Assembly (NCBI GenBank): GCA_037142555.1 | Contig: JBAXAJ010000001.1 | Coordinates: 14,835 to 78,834, forward strand | From: Candidatus Shapirobacteria bacterium | Lineage (GTDB): Bacteria > Patescibacteriota > Microgenomatia > UBA12405 | Direction of reading: 5' to 3' | Length of the DNA: 64,000 nt | In this document: positions 10,137 to 19,818 of the stretch, one piece after another | Layout: each line of letters starts with the position of its first letter | How positions within the stretch are numbered: the stretch's first letter is position 1 | Translations under genes and position numbers: made by a program | Notes under the pieces: model-generated | The model's database searches: none | Told to the model about the DNA's origin: nothing | Seen by the model: the letters and a program-made list of their open reading frames with translations, nothing else

Positions 10137-10985
10137 TTATAAACCATATGAACTCAATGGAGCATTACCAACTCTAATTCGAGACAACTCCAATGCTTTA
10201 CCTCTACACAAAATATTACCGTGTTTAGTGGTGAAAGCTATGTTATATTTTTTTTCTTTTAAGACATTAATTGCTTCCAAACTTGGGTTACCATAAGGAT
10301 AAGCAAATATTTTTTCTGGGTTGAATCCATTTTCAGATAGTTGCAAGTCAGCTGTCCCAATTTCTTTATCTAAAACTTCTTTAGTCCCAGCTGAACTATG
10401 ATGTGACCAAGTGTGGTTTGCAAAATAAACCGAATCTTTCATTTCTTTCATTTGATCCAAACTTAAATAATCAGGGTTATTAACTAATCCAGTTGGAGTA
10501 AAAATTGTCGCTTTATATCCGAATTCTTTTAAGATAGGATACATTTTTGAATAATTATCACTGTAAGCATCGTCTAAGGTAATCATTGCTAATTTCCCAC
10601 CTATTTTTTGACTTCCATTTAGAATAGCAATCAAATCTTTTGGTTCAATCACTCGATAGCCTTTATCTCTTAAATATTCTAGATGTTTTCTAAAAAAATC
10701 TGGACTCACATTCAAACTACTTTGTTTTTTTGCCTTAGCGTCAACATCTTCTTCAATATGATGATACATCAAAACACTAATCTTAAAACATGGTCCATAG
10801 AGTTTGTTAACATCTTCAACACTTTTAGTAGGCAAAACAGTCGGATTAGACAAAATCTTTTCTGGAATATTTTTTTCTATTTTATTAACGATCTTCTTTT
10901 TAATAGGATGTCTAAAAACCAAAACAGCCCCAATAAAAGCGAAAACAACTATAAAGATTAGTATTAAAATTCTTAGCTTAGGCAT
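10137..10985 (-). CDS. Membrane-anchored polysaccharide deacetylase (CE4)
   Basis: VLMYHHI, ITLDDAY, NHTWSH, FAYPYG. Confidence 0.9.
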   Translation of the reverse strand: MPKLRILILIFIVVFAFIGAVLVFRHPIKKKIVNKIEKNIPEKILSNPTVLPTKSVEDVNKLYGPCFKISVLMYHHIEEDVDAKAKKQSSLNVSPDFFRKHLEYLRDKGYRVIEPKDLIAILNGSQKIGGKLAMITLDDAYSDNYSKMYPILKEFGYKATIFTPTGLVNNPDYLSLDQMKEMKDSVYFANHTWSHHSSAGTKEVLDKEIGTADLQLSENGFNPEKIFAYPYGNPSLEAINVLKEKKYNIAFTTKHGNILCRGKALELSRIRVGNAPLSSYGL

Positions 10986-11062
10986 TATTAGATTATATCA
11001 ACGATTTGACTTTGTTTTTCATAAAAGTTATAACTATCTAGTTAACCAAATAAAACCCAAAC

Positions 11063-12220
11063 ATGTTTACTCAACAACCACTAGCCGCTCTGATCCGTCC
11101 AAAAAATTTAGATGAATTTATTGGTCAATCTCATTTAGTTGGTAAAGACAAACCTCTTCGTCTAGCCATTGAATCTAAACAAATTTTTTCCATGATTTTT
11201 TGGGGTCCTCCAGGGGTAGGGAAAACAACTCTGGCTAAAATTTTAGCTAAAGAAATTGATGCTCAACTTTTTGAACTATCAGCTGTTTCTTCTGGTAAAG
11301 ACGAAATCAGAAAAATTATTAAATCAGCTCTTCCACTTCAAAAAACTATTTTATTTTTAGATGAAATTCATCGTTTTAATAAAGCCCAACAAGATTTTTT
11401 ATTACCATATGTTGAATCAGGAGTTCTGACTCTAATCGGTGCCACCACCGAAAACCCTAGTTTTGAAATTATTTCGCCACTTCTTTCTCGATGTCGAGTT
11501 TTCACCTTAAAAGAACTTTCAGAAACTGAAATGGTTGAAATTATTAATCGAGCTGTCAAAACTCTAGAAACTACAATCAAAAAAGATGCCAGAGATTGGT
11601 TGATTCAAATGGCCAATGGTGATGCTCGCCAGGCTTTGACCATGATTGATAATGCCTACACTCTATACAAAAAACTAGACAAAGAAAGCCTTAAATCAAC
11701 CCTCCAAAATAGTTTTCTAAGGTTTGATAAAAAAGGGGATGAACACCACAACACCATTTCTGCTTTCATTAAATCAATGCGGGCCAGCAACCCTGATGCC
11801 GCTCTCTATTATCTAGCCAGAATGATTAGTGCTGGTGAAGATCCAAAATTCATTGCCAGAAGAATGGTTATTTTTGCTAGTGAAGACATCGGCATTGCCA
11901 ATTCCTCAGCATTAATATTAGCTAATGAAGTTTTCAGAGCAGTGGAAATAATTGGCTATCCAGAATGTCGGATTAATCTTTCCCATGGAGTTATTTATCT
12001 TGCCAAATCACCTAAAAACAGGAGTTGTTATGATGCCATTGGCCTAGCTCAAAAAGAAGTTGAAATAAGTGGAAATCTTCCAATCCCACTAAATCTTCGC
12101 AACGCTCCAACCAAATTAATGGAAGAATTAAATTATGGCAAAGGTTATGAAATGTATTCCAAAGAAGATTTATTACCTGATAAACTAAAAGGTAAAAAAT
12201 ATTTTAAAGATAAAAAATGA
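11063..12220 (+). CDS. rarA: Replication-associated recombination AAA+ ATPase RarA/MgsA
   Basis: [46 protein letters not shown]. Confidence 0.95.
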   Translation: MFTQQPLAALIRPKNLDEFIGQSHLVGKDKPLRLAIESKQIFSMIFWGPPGVGKTTLAKILAKEIDAQLFELSAVSSGKDEIRKIIKSALPLQKTILFLDEIHRFNKAQQDFLLPYVESGVLTLIGATTENPSFEIISPLLSRCRVFTLKELSETEMVEIINRAVKTLETTIKKDARDWLIQMANGDARQALTMIDNAYTLYKKLDKESLKSTLQNSFLRFDKKGDEHHNTISAFIKSMRASNPDAALYYLARMISAGEDPKFIARRMVIFASEDIGIANSSALILANEVFRAVEIIGYPECRINLSHGVIYLAKSPKNRSCYDAIGLAQKEVEISGNLPIPLNLRNAPTKLMEELNYGKGYEMYSKEDLLPDKLKGKKYFKDKK

Positions 12221-12810
12221 AAAACATCGACGCCATAATTTTTGATTTAAATGGAGTTTTTTTATTTAGTCAGCAACCATTAAGTCAACTAGTTGCAAAC
12301 AAATTTAATGTTGACAAAGATTTATTTTGGAACAAGTTTAAAGAGACTCTCAAAATTGCCAGAACTTCTAAAGAAATGCCAGAAAATTTGTGGGATCCAA
12401 TTACTGATCTTTTAAAGATAAATAAAGACGAGTTTTTTAACCTTTGGTTTTCAATGGACATAATTGATTCAAAAATGTTGCAGTTTGCCAAAGATTTAAA
12501 AAATAAAAATTATAAAATTTTTATTTTATCTAATAGTCTAAAAGAAAGAGTTCAATATTATCGTCAAAAATTTCCAGAATTATTTAGCCAATTTGACGGA
12601 GTCTACTTTTCATCCGAAACCGGTTTTGTTAAGCCAGATCCATTAGCTTTTGAAAATATTTTAAAATTAAATAATTTAGATCCAAAAAAATGTATTTATT
12701 TTGATGATTCTCAAGATAACGTTGATGCCGCTGCCGCTCTTGGGATACAAGCCAAACTTTTTGAAAATCTCGAGAATTCAAAAGAGTTTATAGGGGAAAA
12801 TAATTTATGA
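12217..12810 (+). CDS. HAD-family phosphatase (YihX-like)
   Basis: FDLNGV, ILSN, KPDP, YFDDS. Confidence 0.88.
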   Translation: MKNIDAIIFDLNGVFLFSQQPLSQLVANKFNVDKDLFWNKFKETLKIARTSKEMPENLWDPITDLLKINKDEFFNLWFSMDIIDSKMLQFAKDLKNKNYKIFILSNSLKERVQYYRQKFPELFSQFDGVYFSSETGFVKPDPLAFENILKLNNLDPKKCIYFDDSQDNVDAAAALGIQAKLFENLENSKEFIGENNL

Positions 12811-13124
12811 AAAAACCAGGTGGATTTTCTAAAAAAGTAGTTGAATTAGCCCTTACTATTCCACCAGGCCGAGTCACCACTTATGGTCTTTTAGCTGCCG
12901 CCGCCGGCGGCCATCCCATGCTTTCTCGCATGATTACTAAAATTCTTGGCAAATCTAGCGAAGTTGATGAAATTCCTTTTCATCGAATTGTCTATTCCAA
13001 TGGCAAAATCTGGAACGATCCAAAATATAATCAATGGCGGGCCAAACTCTACAAAAAAGAAGGAATTAAAGTTGATAAAAATAATAAAATCATAAATTTT
13101 GAAAAAATAATTTATTCTTTTTAA
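12807..13124 (+). CDS. Alkyltransferase-like (ATL) MGMT-family DNA-binding protein
   Basis: IPPGRVTTYG; IPFHRIV in place of the catalytic PCHRV. Confidence 0.85.
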   Translation: MKKPGGFSKKVVELALTIPPGRVTTYGLLAAAAGGHPMLSRMITKILGKSSEVDEIPFHRIVYSNGKIWNDPKYNQWRAKLYKKEGIKVDKNNKIINFEKIIYSF

Positions 13125-13129
13125 CTAAA

Positions 13130-13867
13130 ATGGTCAAAAATAATTTTCATCAAGAAATTTTAAAAGAAATTAAAAAATATTCTGGCAATGAAGTTCCTAA
13201 TAGGGAAGGTTTTGGTCTCAAATATGTTGGTACCGACAAAGTTTCCTATCATCTCAACACCAAAGATACTCGTCAAATCGCCAAAGGTTTTACTAAGGTC
13301 AATCAATTCGATTTAGATCAATATGTGGAATTAATAGATTCACTTTATAGAGGAGAATCCCACGACGAAATTAATATTGCCGCCAAAATTATTGAATTTT
13401 CACCTGAATTTAGAAAACAGTTTGATGTTAACTATCTTGATTCTTGGTTAGAAAATGTCCATGGTTGGGCTGAAACTGACACTCTTTGTCAAATGGCTTT
13501 CACAGACATTGATCTTTTGTCTAATTGGCCAAATTGGCAAAAATTAATTAAAAAATTATCAACTGATAAAAATGTTCACAAACGTCGTGCGAGTTTAGTT
13601 TTATTAACAAAACCAGTTCGTTTATCTGCTGATTCAAAACTTTCTTTTTTGGCTTTTGAAAATATTGATAAATTAAAATCAGAAAAAGACATTTTAATCA
13701 CCAAAGCTGTTTCTTGGATTTTAAGGTCTTTAATTAAAAATCATCAACAAGAAGTTGCCAAATATTTAGACAAAAATCTTGAGATTCTTCCTAAAATTGC
13801 CGTTCGTGAGGTCACTACAAAACTTTTAACCGGCAAAAAATATATTAAAAACAAGCCTATAAAATAA
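13130..13867 (+). CDS. AlkD-like DNA alkylation repair protein (HEAT repeats)
   Basis: W...D, RRASLV, KAVSWILR, VREV motifs. Confidence 0.85.
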   Translation: MVKNNFHQEILKEIKKYSGNEVPNREGFGLKYVGTDKVSYHLNTKDTRQIAKGFTKVNQFDLDQYVELIDSLYRGESHDEINIAAKIIEFSPEFRKQFDVNYLDSWLENVHGWAETDTLCQMAFTDIDLLSNWPNWQKLIKKLSTDKNVHKRRASLVLLTKPVRLSADSKLSFLAFENIDKLKSEKDILITKAVSWILRSLIKNHQQEVAKYLDKNLEILPKIAVREVTTKLLTGKKYIKNKPIK

Positions 13868-13872
13868 CTTAG

Positions 13873-13904
13873 TTGACAGGTCGTAAAAAGGTGTATAATA
13901 CACC
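13873..13904 (+). promoter_or_regulatory. Sigma70-like promoter with a palindrome over the -10 box
   Basis: TTGACA 13873-13878, TATAAT 13894-13899 (15-bp spacer), GGTGTAT-A-ATACACC 13890-13904. Confidence 0.55.
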
Positions 13905-13947
13905 CATTATTAGTTTTTTAAATTAATTTATTAATTTTTATAAAAAT

Positions 13948-15060
13948 ATGATTAAAGTAAAAACAATTTTATTAAGCACTCTCGCATTATTCTTAATGTC
14001 AGTTGCTCCAACTTTCGCAAGAGGTAGTTTCGTAACAGTCAATCCAGCTACTCTAGAAAACTGTTCAATGGTTTATCCAACCGCCGCTCCTAACGTTACC
14101 TGTTTCAACAAAATCCAAACCACAGTCAACATGATGGGTATCGGTGATACTCTTTGGGTTGCTCCAGGAACATACAATGAAAAAGTCGTAATCAACAAAA
14201 AGATTATTATGAAGGGTGGGATTAAAATGGCTCAAAAACTTGGTACTAGTACTATTGATGGCCAAGACACCAATAATTTTAATTTCCCACTTAAATCAGT
14301 AGTTACAGTCACCGGTGCTGGCACTGTTATCGATGGTTTCACTATTCAAGGTGCTGGTTTTGGTAAAGCCGGAATCACCCTAACTTCTGCTTATAACACT
14401 ATTAAAAGAAGCACTCTTACAAACAATTTTTACGGTATAGAATTACGTGATAGTGATTATAACGTTATTGATTCCAACATCATAACTAACAGTGGTTGGT
14501 ATGGAATTTTGATTCAAAACAACGAATATTTCACCACCGGCGGTACCAAAGACCAAGCTTCAACTAATAACACTATCAAAAACAACACTATAACTAATGT
14601 CAGTGATGCTGTTGGTGCTATTGAAAACTGTGATAATAACCAATTCACAGGTAACACCATTATCTCAACTAAAGGTATGGCTCTAAATCTTTTTGGATCA
14701 GATAATAATACAGTCAGCGGTAACACTATAAAAAATTCAAAGAAAGCTATAACTTTCTATGGGTCTTTTAATAATAATGTTACTAATAACAAGATATTAA
14801 ACAATGCTCAAGCTTTCCAAGTTGATGCTATGTGGATGGCTACCCCATCTGAAAACAACACAGTTAATTGGAACAACATTGTTGGTAATGCTGACATTGT
14901 TAAACAAGGGTTTGGTAATTCAAACACAACTTTTAATATTATGAACAACTGGTGGGGAACTGCAGTTAGATCAGAAATTCTATCTAAAATAGTAGTATCA
15001 AATCCTGCAACTATAGTTTTCGACCCATTCCTTGCTCAAGAAATCCCAATGATGTTCTAA
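13948..15060 (+). CDS. Secreted right-handed parallel beta-helix protein (NosD/CASH-like)
   Basis: Signal peptide, GDTLWVAPGTYNE, Asn-ladder repeats, C-terminal NWWG...FDPFL. Confidence 0.85.
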   Translation: MIKVKTILLSTLALFLMSVAPTFARGSFVTVNPATLENCSMVYPTAAPNVTCFNKIQTTVNMMGIGDTLWVAPGTYNEKVVINKKIIMKGGIKMAQKLGTSTIDGQDTNNFNFPLKSVVTVTGAGTVIDGFTIQGAGFGKAGITLTSAYNTIKRSTLTNNFYGIELRDSDYNVIDSNIITNSGWYGILIQNNEYFTTGGTKDQASTNNTIKNNTITNVSDAVGAIENCDNNQFTGNTIISTKGMALNLFGSDNNTVSGNTIKNSKKAITFYGSFNNNVTNNKILNNAQAFQVDAMWMATPSENNTVNWNNIVGNADIVKQGFGNSNTTFNIMNNWWGTAVRSEILSKIVVSNPATIVFDPFLAQEIPMMF

Positions 15061-15081
15061 GCAAATCAATAAAGAATCAAA

Positions 15082-15113
15082 AAAAACCCTCTCCACATTC
15101 GGAGAGGGTTTTT
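15082..15113. terminator. Intrinsic terminator, possibly bidirectional
   Basis: AAAAACCCTCTCC-ACATTC-GGAGAGGGTTTTT. Confidence 0.88.
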
Positions 15114-15169
15114 AGTTATGTCACAAAAACTATATAATATAGATAATATAAATTTAAAATAAAAATAAA

Positions 15170-15643
15170 ATGACAGATCAAGATTTCATGAAAATAGTTA
15201 TTAACAAAGGAAAGCAAAGATTAGAAAAGAATATCTCCCCAAATATTTCAATTATTGTTAAAGCCAATCTTATAATTTCTGAAGGTCATAGTTCGGTCGG
15301 GGAATATGAATTATCAGGACATAATGATCTTAATTGCATTAATGAAGCCGCTAAAAAACTAAAGACTTTTGATCTTTCTGGTTGCACCATGTATTCAACT
15401 GTTGAGCCATGCTCTATGTGTCTTGCTTGCGCTGCTTGGGCTGGTTTAACTCGAATTGTTTTTGGAGCCTATCAAGAAGATATCCCTCAAAACAAATATG
15501 AAATTTCAGACTATCATGCCATCGACCATGCCAAAAGATTAATATTGCCTAATAACCAAAAAATGGAAATAGCTGGTGGTATTTTACAAGCCGAATGTGC
15601 TGAATTGATGAAAGATGTTAAAGACTGGATACTTTCTAAATAA
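15170..15643 (+). CDS. Zn-dependent nucleoside/nucleobase deaminase family protein (GuaD/TadA-like)
   Basis: MYSTVEPCSMC; HND where HAE is expected. Confidence 0.8.
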   Translation: MTDQDFMKIVINKGKQRLEKNISPNISIIVKANLIISEGHSSVGEYELSGHNDLNCINEAAKKLKTFDLSGCTMYSTVEPCSMCLACAAWAGLTRIVFGAYQEDIPQNKYEISDYHAIDHAKRLILPNNQKMEIAGGILQAECAELMKDVKDWILSK

Positions 15644-15648
15644 AGTCT

Positions 15649-16917
15649 TTAATATTGGCTTTCGACAAAAGTCAAAGCAAAACCTTTTGAATCACCTCGT
15701 CCAGTTCTTCCAATACGATGAATATAATCATCATAGTTAGCAGGTTGGTCATAATTGATTACGTGGCTAATATCGGCGATATCAAGACCTCTAGCGGCCA
15801 CATCAGTAGCTACCAAGATTTTAATTTCACTTGATTTGAATGCTTGAAGCACTCTTTGTCTTTTATTTTGTGGTTTATCACCATGGATAGAAGCAGCGTT
15901 GAAACCTCTGTTAACTAAATTAACAGAAACTTTTTCCACCATCATTTTTGTAGCTCCGAAAATCAAAACTTTCTTGAATTGAGGTTGGGCTAATAATTGG
16001 TGTAAAGCTTCTTCTTTATTCGCTCTAGCGACTCTAACGACATCTTGTTCAACGTGTGAAGAAGTGTCTTGAGTTTTAACGGAAACTCTGGCTGGATTGT
16101 TTAAAAAAGTATTAATTAAAAGTTCAATTCTTGGAGTTGTAGTTGCAGAGAAGAACAATGTTTGTCGAGTTTTTGGAATTTGATCAACAATTGATCTGAT
16201 ATCATCAATGAAACCCATGTCTAACATTCGGTCAACTTCATCTAAAACTAGAGTATCTAGAGTAGAGAAATTAATCACTCTTCTTTGTCCTAAATCTTTG
16301 ATTCTTCCAGGAGTACCAATAATAATATGTGGTCCTCTTCGGATATCAATAATTTGTTCTCTAATAAAAGATCCACCAATAGCCAAAGCTATATAGACTC
16401 TTAAACCAGGAGTGAATGATCTAATTTCTTGTTTAATTTGTTGGGCCAACTCACGAGTTGGAGCCAAAATAATTATTCTTCGATTAGGATTGTTTAAAAT
16501 TTTGTGGATTAAAGGCAACACGAAAGCAGCAGTTTTACCTGTTCCAGTGTTAGCGATTCCCAAAACATCTCGGTCTTCCATAATTAATGGAATAACTTGG
16601 TCTTGGATTGGGGTTGGTTTAATATAACCCTTAGTAACGACATTAGCCATTAAAGATGGGTTTAATTTAAAATCGGCAAAAGTATTAACTGTTTGAGTTT
16701 CTTCGATTGTAGTAATCTCAGTTGCTTTATTAACGAATAAAGCCGGATTAATGGCTTTACCACCAAATCTTCCTCTTCCACCGCCATTACCACCTCTTCG
16801 TGGACCATTACTTCTAGATCCGCCAAAACGGCTGAATCCACCACCATGTGATTGAGAATTGTTATTGTTATTTCGTCCAAATCGAGACGAGCTATTTCTA
16901 TTACTGTTGTTGTACAT
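15649..16917 (-). CDS. DEAD-box RNA helicase with RGG-rich N-terminus
   Basis: PTPIQ, TGTGKT, PTRELA, DEVD, SAT, HRIGRTGR. Confidence 0.95.
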   Translation of the reverse strand: MYNNSNRNSSSRFGRNNNNNSQSHGGGFSRFGGSRSNGPRRGGNGGGRGRFGGKAINPALFVNKATEITTIEETQTVNTFADFKLNPSLMANVVTKGYIKPTPIQDQVIPLIMEDRDVLGIANTGTGKTAAFVLPLIHKILNNPNRRIIILAPTRELAQQIKQEIRSFTPGLRVYIALAIGGSFIREQIIDIRRGPHIIIGTPGRIKDLGQRRVINFSTLDTLVLDEVDRMLDMGFIDDIRSIVDQIPKTRQTLFFSATTTPRIELLINTFLNNPARVSVKTQDTSSHVEQDVVRVARANKEEALHQLLAQPQFKKVLIFGATKMMVEKVSVNLVNRGFNAASIHGDKPQNKRQRVLQAFKSSEIKILVATDVAARGLDIADISHVINYDQPANYDDYIHRIGRTGRGDSKGFALTFVESQY

Positions 16918-16934
16918 AAATAATTTTTAGATAA

Positions 16935-17047
16935 TGGACCAAATCCTAAGGCCGCAACCCGGATTCAATATGGCCCTAAATTATTTATTAATACACAACT
17001 TATCGTGTGTTTCTTAGGGCAACCAAATCAGCTTGTAGTCTATCATA
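16935..17047 (-). promoter_or_regulatory. Structured 5' leader of the DEAD-box helicase gene
   Basis: -10 TATGAT at 17042-17047 (minus); stems GCCCTAA/TTAGGGC, ACACA/TGTGT, AATCC/GGATT; ACCAAATC occurs twice. Confidence 0.5.
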
Positions 17048-17095
17048 AGTAAAAATAAAAGCAAATTAAAGCTTTTTTTATAGTACAATATAAAG

Positions 17096-18784
17096 ATGTT
17101 TGAAAAAACTTTTACTTTAAAAATCGCTGGTCTGGCTGGATTCGGAATTAAATCAGGTGGTCAATTAATCTCAAAAATACTCATTGATTCTGGCTATTTT
17201 GTCACTGACTATAATGAATATCCCTCTCTAGTTCGAGGTGGCCACAATGCTTATCAAATCACTTTTTCTCGAGAAAAAGTTTTTGCCCCACACTACAATG
17301 TCGATTTTTTCTTTTCCATTAACCCAAACCACTGGCAAACTCACACCGATGAATTCACCAAAGATTCACTTATTTTTGTTGATGAAGATTTAAAAGAAAT
17401 AACCGAAAAGAAGGGTAATTTTTTATATCTGCCTCTCAAAGAATTAGCTAATGAAGTTGGAAGTTTAGTTGTTTCTAACACTATTTGTGTCGGTGTCGTC
17501 AGCTATCTTCTCAATTTAGATTCTAATTTATCCAAAAAATTAATAGATAAATCCTATCAAAAGTTTAGTGAAATAAATTTGTTAGCTTTTGATGCTGGTT
17601 ATAAATATGCCAAAGATAATTTTTCTAAATACAAACAAAATATTACTTCTGTAAAAACAAAACAAAAAAACACTGGTTTTTATGATGGTAACGAAGCTTT
17701 CGGTTGGGGATTAATCAAAGCCGGAATCAATTTTTATGCCGCTTATCCAATGACTCCAGCCACTGGTACTCTCCACTTTTTAGCCACTAAACAGGAAGAA
17801 TTTAACATTAAAGTGATTCATCCAGAAGATGAAATTTCTGCTGCCAACATGACTGCTGGTGCTGCTTTTGCTGGTGCCAGAGCTGCCACCGGAAGTTCAG
17901 GTGGTGGTTTTGCCTTAATGAATGAAGCTATCAGCTATTGTGGTGTTGCCGAAATTGGCATGGTCTATTATCTAGTTTCTCGACCTGGCCCAGCCACTGG
18001 TCTTCCAACTTGGACTGCTCAAGCTGATCTTCTCCACGCCATTTATTCCGGTCATGGTGAATTTCCAAAAGTTGTCATTGCCCCAGGAGATCTTGATGAA
18101 TCTTTTGGAATGGGAATTGAATCTCTAAATTTAGCCGCCGAACTCCAAACTCCAATTATTGTTGTTAGTGATAAATTTCTAGGTGAATCAAGTTCTAACA
18201 CTAAAGATTTATCTAAAGAAAAAGAAAACATTAAAAGTGGCGAAATTTCTAAAAAACCAATCCAAAATTTTAAAAGATATGATTTAAACACTAAAACTGG
18301 AGTTTCTCCTCTAACAATTCCAGGAACTATCGGTGGTGAATTTTTAGCCAACAGTTACGAACATAATGAAGTTGGTTTTTCAACCGAAGATCCAATTTTA
18401 GCTAGTGAAATGCATCAAAAAAGAATGCAAAAACTTAAAACTGCTTTAAAATTAACTCCAAAACCAACCTTTTTTGGCAGCGATAAAGCCAAAAAATTAA
18501 TCATCAGCTGGGGTTCAACTAAAGGTGTGATTCTAGAAGCTCTTAAATCAATCAAAAATAAAGATGAATATGCTTTCCTACAAATTAAAACTCTCTGGCC
18601 AATCAATCCAGATTTAAAAGTCATCACTAATTCTTTTAAAGAAATTATCGTCATCGAGAATAATGGCACTAGCCAATTAACCACTTTGCTTAAATCTCAA
18701 TTTGATTTTAATCCTACTCAAATTATTACTAAAGATAATGGTCGTCCATTCTTCCCGGAGGAAATATATGCCAAACTTAAATAA
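17096..18784 (+). CDS. 2-oxoacid:ferredoxin oxidoreductase alpha subunit (gamma-alpha fusion)
   Basis: GLAGFGIKSGG, YPSLVRGGHN, AYPMTPAT, EDEISA, RPGPATGLPT. Confidence 0.93.
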   Translation: MFEKTFTLKIAGLAGFGIKSGGQLISKILIDSGYFVTDYNEYPSLVRGGHNAYQITFSREKVFAPHYNVDFFFSINPNHWQTHTDEFTKDSLIFVDEDLKEITEKKGNFLYLPLKELANEVGSLVVSNTICVGVVSYLLNLDSNLSKKLIDKSYQKFSEINLLAFDAGYKYAKDNFSKYKQNITSVKTKQKNTGFYDGNEAFGWGLIKAGINFYAAYPMTPATGTLHFLATKQEEFNIKVIHPEDEISAANMTAGAAFAGARAATGSSGGGFALMNEAISYCGVAEIGMVYYLVSRPGPATGLPTWTAQADLLHAIYSGHGEFPKVVIAPGDLDESFGMGIESLNLAAELQTPIIVVSDKFLGESSSNTKDLSKEKENIKSGEISKKPIQNFKRYDLNTKTGVSPLTIPGTIGGEFLANSYEHNEVGFSTEDPILASEMHQKRMQKLKTALKLTPKPTFFGSDKAKKLIISWGSTKGVILEALKSIKNKDEYAFLQIKTLWPINPDLKVITNSFKEIIVIENNGTSQLTTLLKSQFDFNPTQIITKDNGRPFFPEEIYAKLK

Positions 18785-19397
18785 TTACAGATCTAATGTC
18801 GCTCCAACTTGGTGTCCAGGTTGTAATAACTACATTCTCTACGCCAGTTTGCAATCTGCTTTTTCAGCTCTGAATATTCCAAATCATAAATTAGTCATTA
18901 ATTATGACATTGGTTGTGCTGGAAACATGGCTGATTTTCTAAATGTTTATGGAGCTCACACTCTTCATGGTCGTTCAATTGCCATGGCTATGGGTGAAAA
19001 ATTAGTTAATCCTAATTTAACTGTTTGTGTCATTGGTGGTGATGGTGGCATCTACGGTGAAGGTTTAAATCATTTAATTGCTGCCGCCAGAGCAAATTCT
19101 GACATTAAAGTTTTTGTTTCCAATAATTTTCTATACAGCTTAACCACTGGCCAAACTAGTCCAACTACTCCACAAGGTTCTAAAACCAAATCAACTCCAA
19201 CCGGAAATATTAATATCCCAATTGAGCCTATTTCTCTTCTTAAAGCTATTAATCCAAATGTTCTAGTTGAGTCAGCTAATTCTACAAATCCAGTTGAATT
19301 AAGTAAAAAAATTCAAAAAGTTTTACAACACAAAGGTTTTGCTCTGCTTGATATTAAACAAGAGTGCATTGCTTTTGGAAAACAATTAAAATCATAA
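18768..19397 (+). CDS. 2-oxoacid:ferredoxin oxidoreductase beta subunit (short)
   Basis: TWCPGC, IGC, HTLHGR, GGDGG (TPP), LTTGQTSPT; start placed at ATG 18768. Confidence 0.9.
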   Translation: MPNLNNYRSNVAPTWCPGCNNYILYASLQSAFSALNIPNHKLVINYDIGCAGNMADFLNVYGAHTLHGRSIAMAMGEKLVNPNLTVCVIGGDGGIYGEGLNHLIAAARANSDIKVFVSNNFLYSLTTGQTSPTTPQGSKTKSTPTGNINIPIEPISLLKAINPNVLVESANSTNPVELSKKIQKVLQHKGFALLDIKQECIAFGKQLKS

Positions 19398-19817
19398 ATG
19401 GATTTAATCGATAAAATAGTTCTCCCTAAAAACTGGCAAGAATTAGTTGCCATTAAAGATATAATTCCTTTTTGTATTAATAAGGTCACTCGCTTCCCAA
19501 AAGATAACCAAAAATATGACGATTATCGAGACAGCACTACTCGCGAAAAACATCTTCAAAAAATAATTGACGACATTGGTGATAATGATTTCAAAATCAC
19601 TCCTAATAAATTTCCATATTCTCGAATAATTAAAAACATTCCAGAAGTTAGACACTATCTTTTATGGAGTAAAAATGGCGAATTACCAACTAAAACTATC
19701 GAATCAGAAATTGAGCGAGTTTTTCCAAACTGCGATTATTTTTATTTCGTTAATCCGCCAAATAACAAATCGATTCCCGAAATCTGGCATTGTCAAATCT
19801 TTGTTAAGTTAAAATAA
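19398..19817 (+). CDS. DUF3605/Gig1-like HIT-related protein
   Basis: NKFPY...HYLLWS...FVNPPNNKSIPEIWHCQIF pattern. Confidence 0.55.
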   Translation: MDLIDKIVLPKNWQELVAIKDIIPFCINKVTRFPKDNQKYDDYRDSTTREKHLQKIIDDIGDNDFKITPNKFPYSRIIKNIPEVRHYLLWSKNGELPTKTIESEIERVFPNCDYFYFVNPPNNKSIPEIWHCQIFVKLK

Positions 19818-19818
19818 T

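Noticed and set aside
14380-14900. AAC/AAT-rich quasi-repeats
   Set aside because: Explained by Asn-ladder beta-helix coding.
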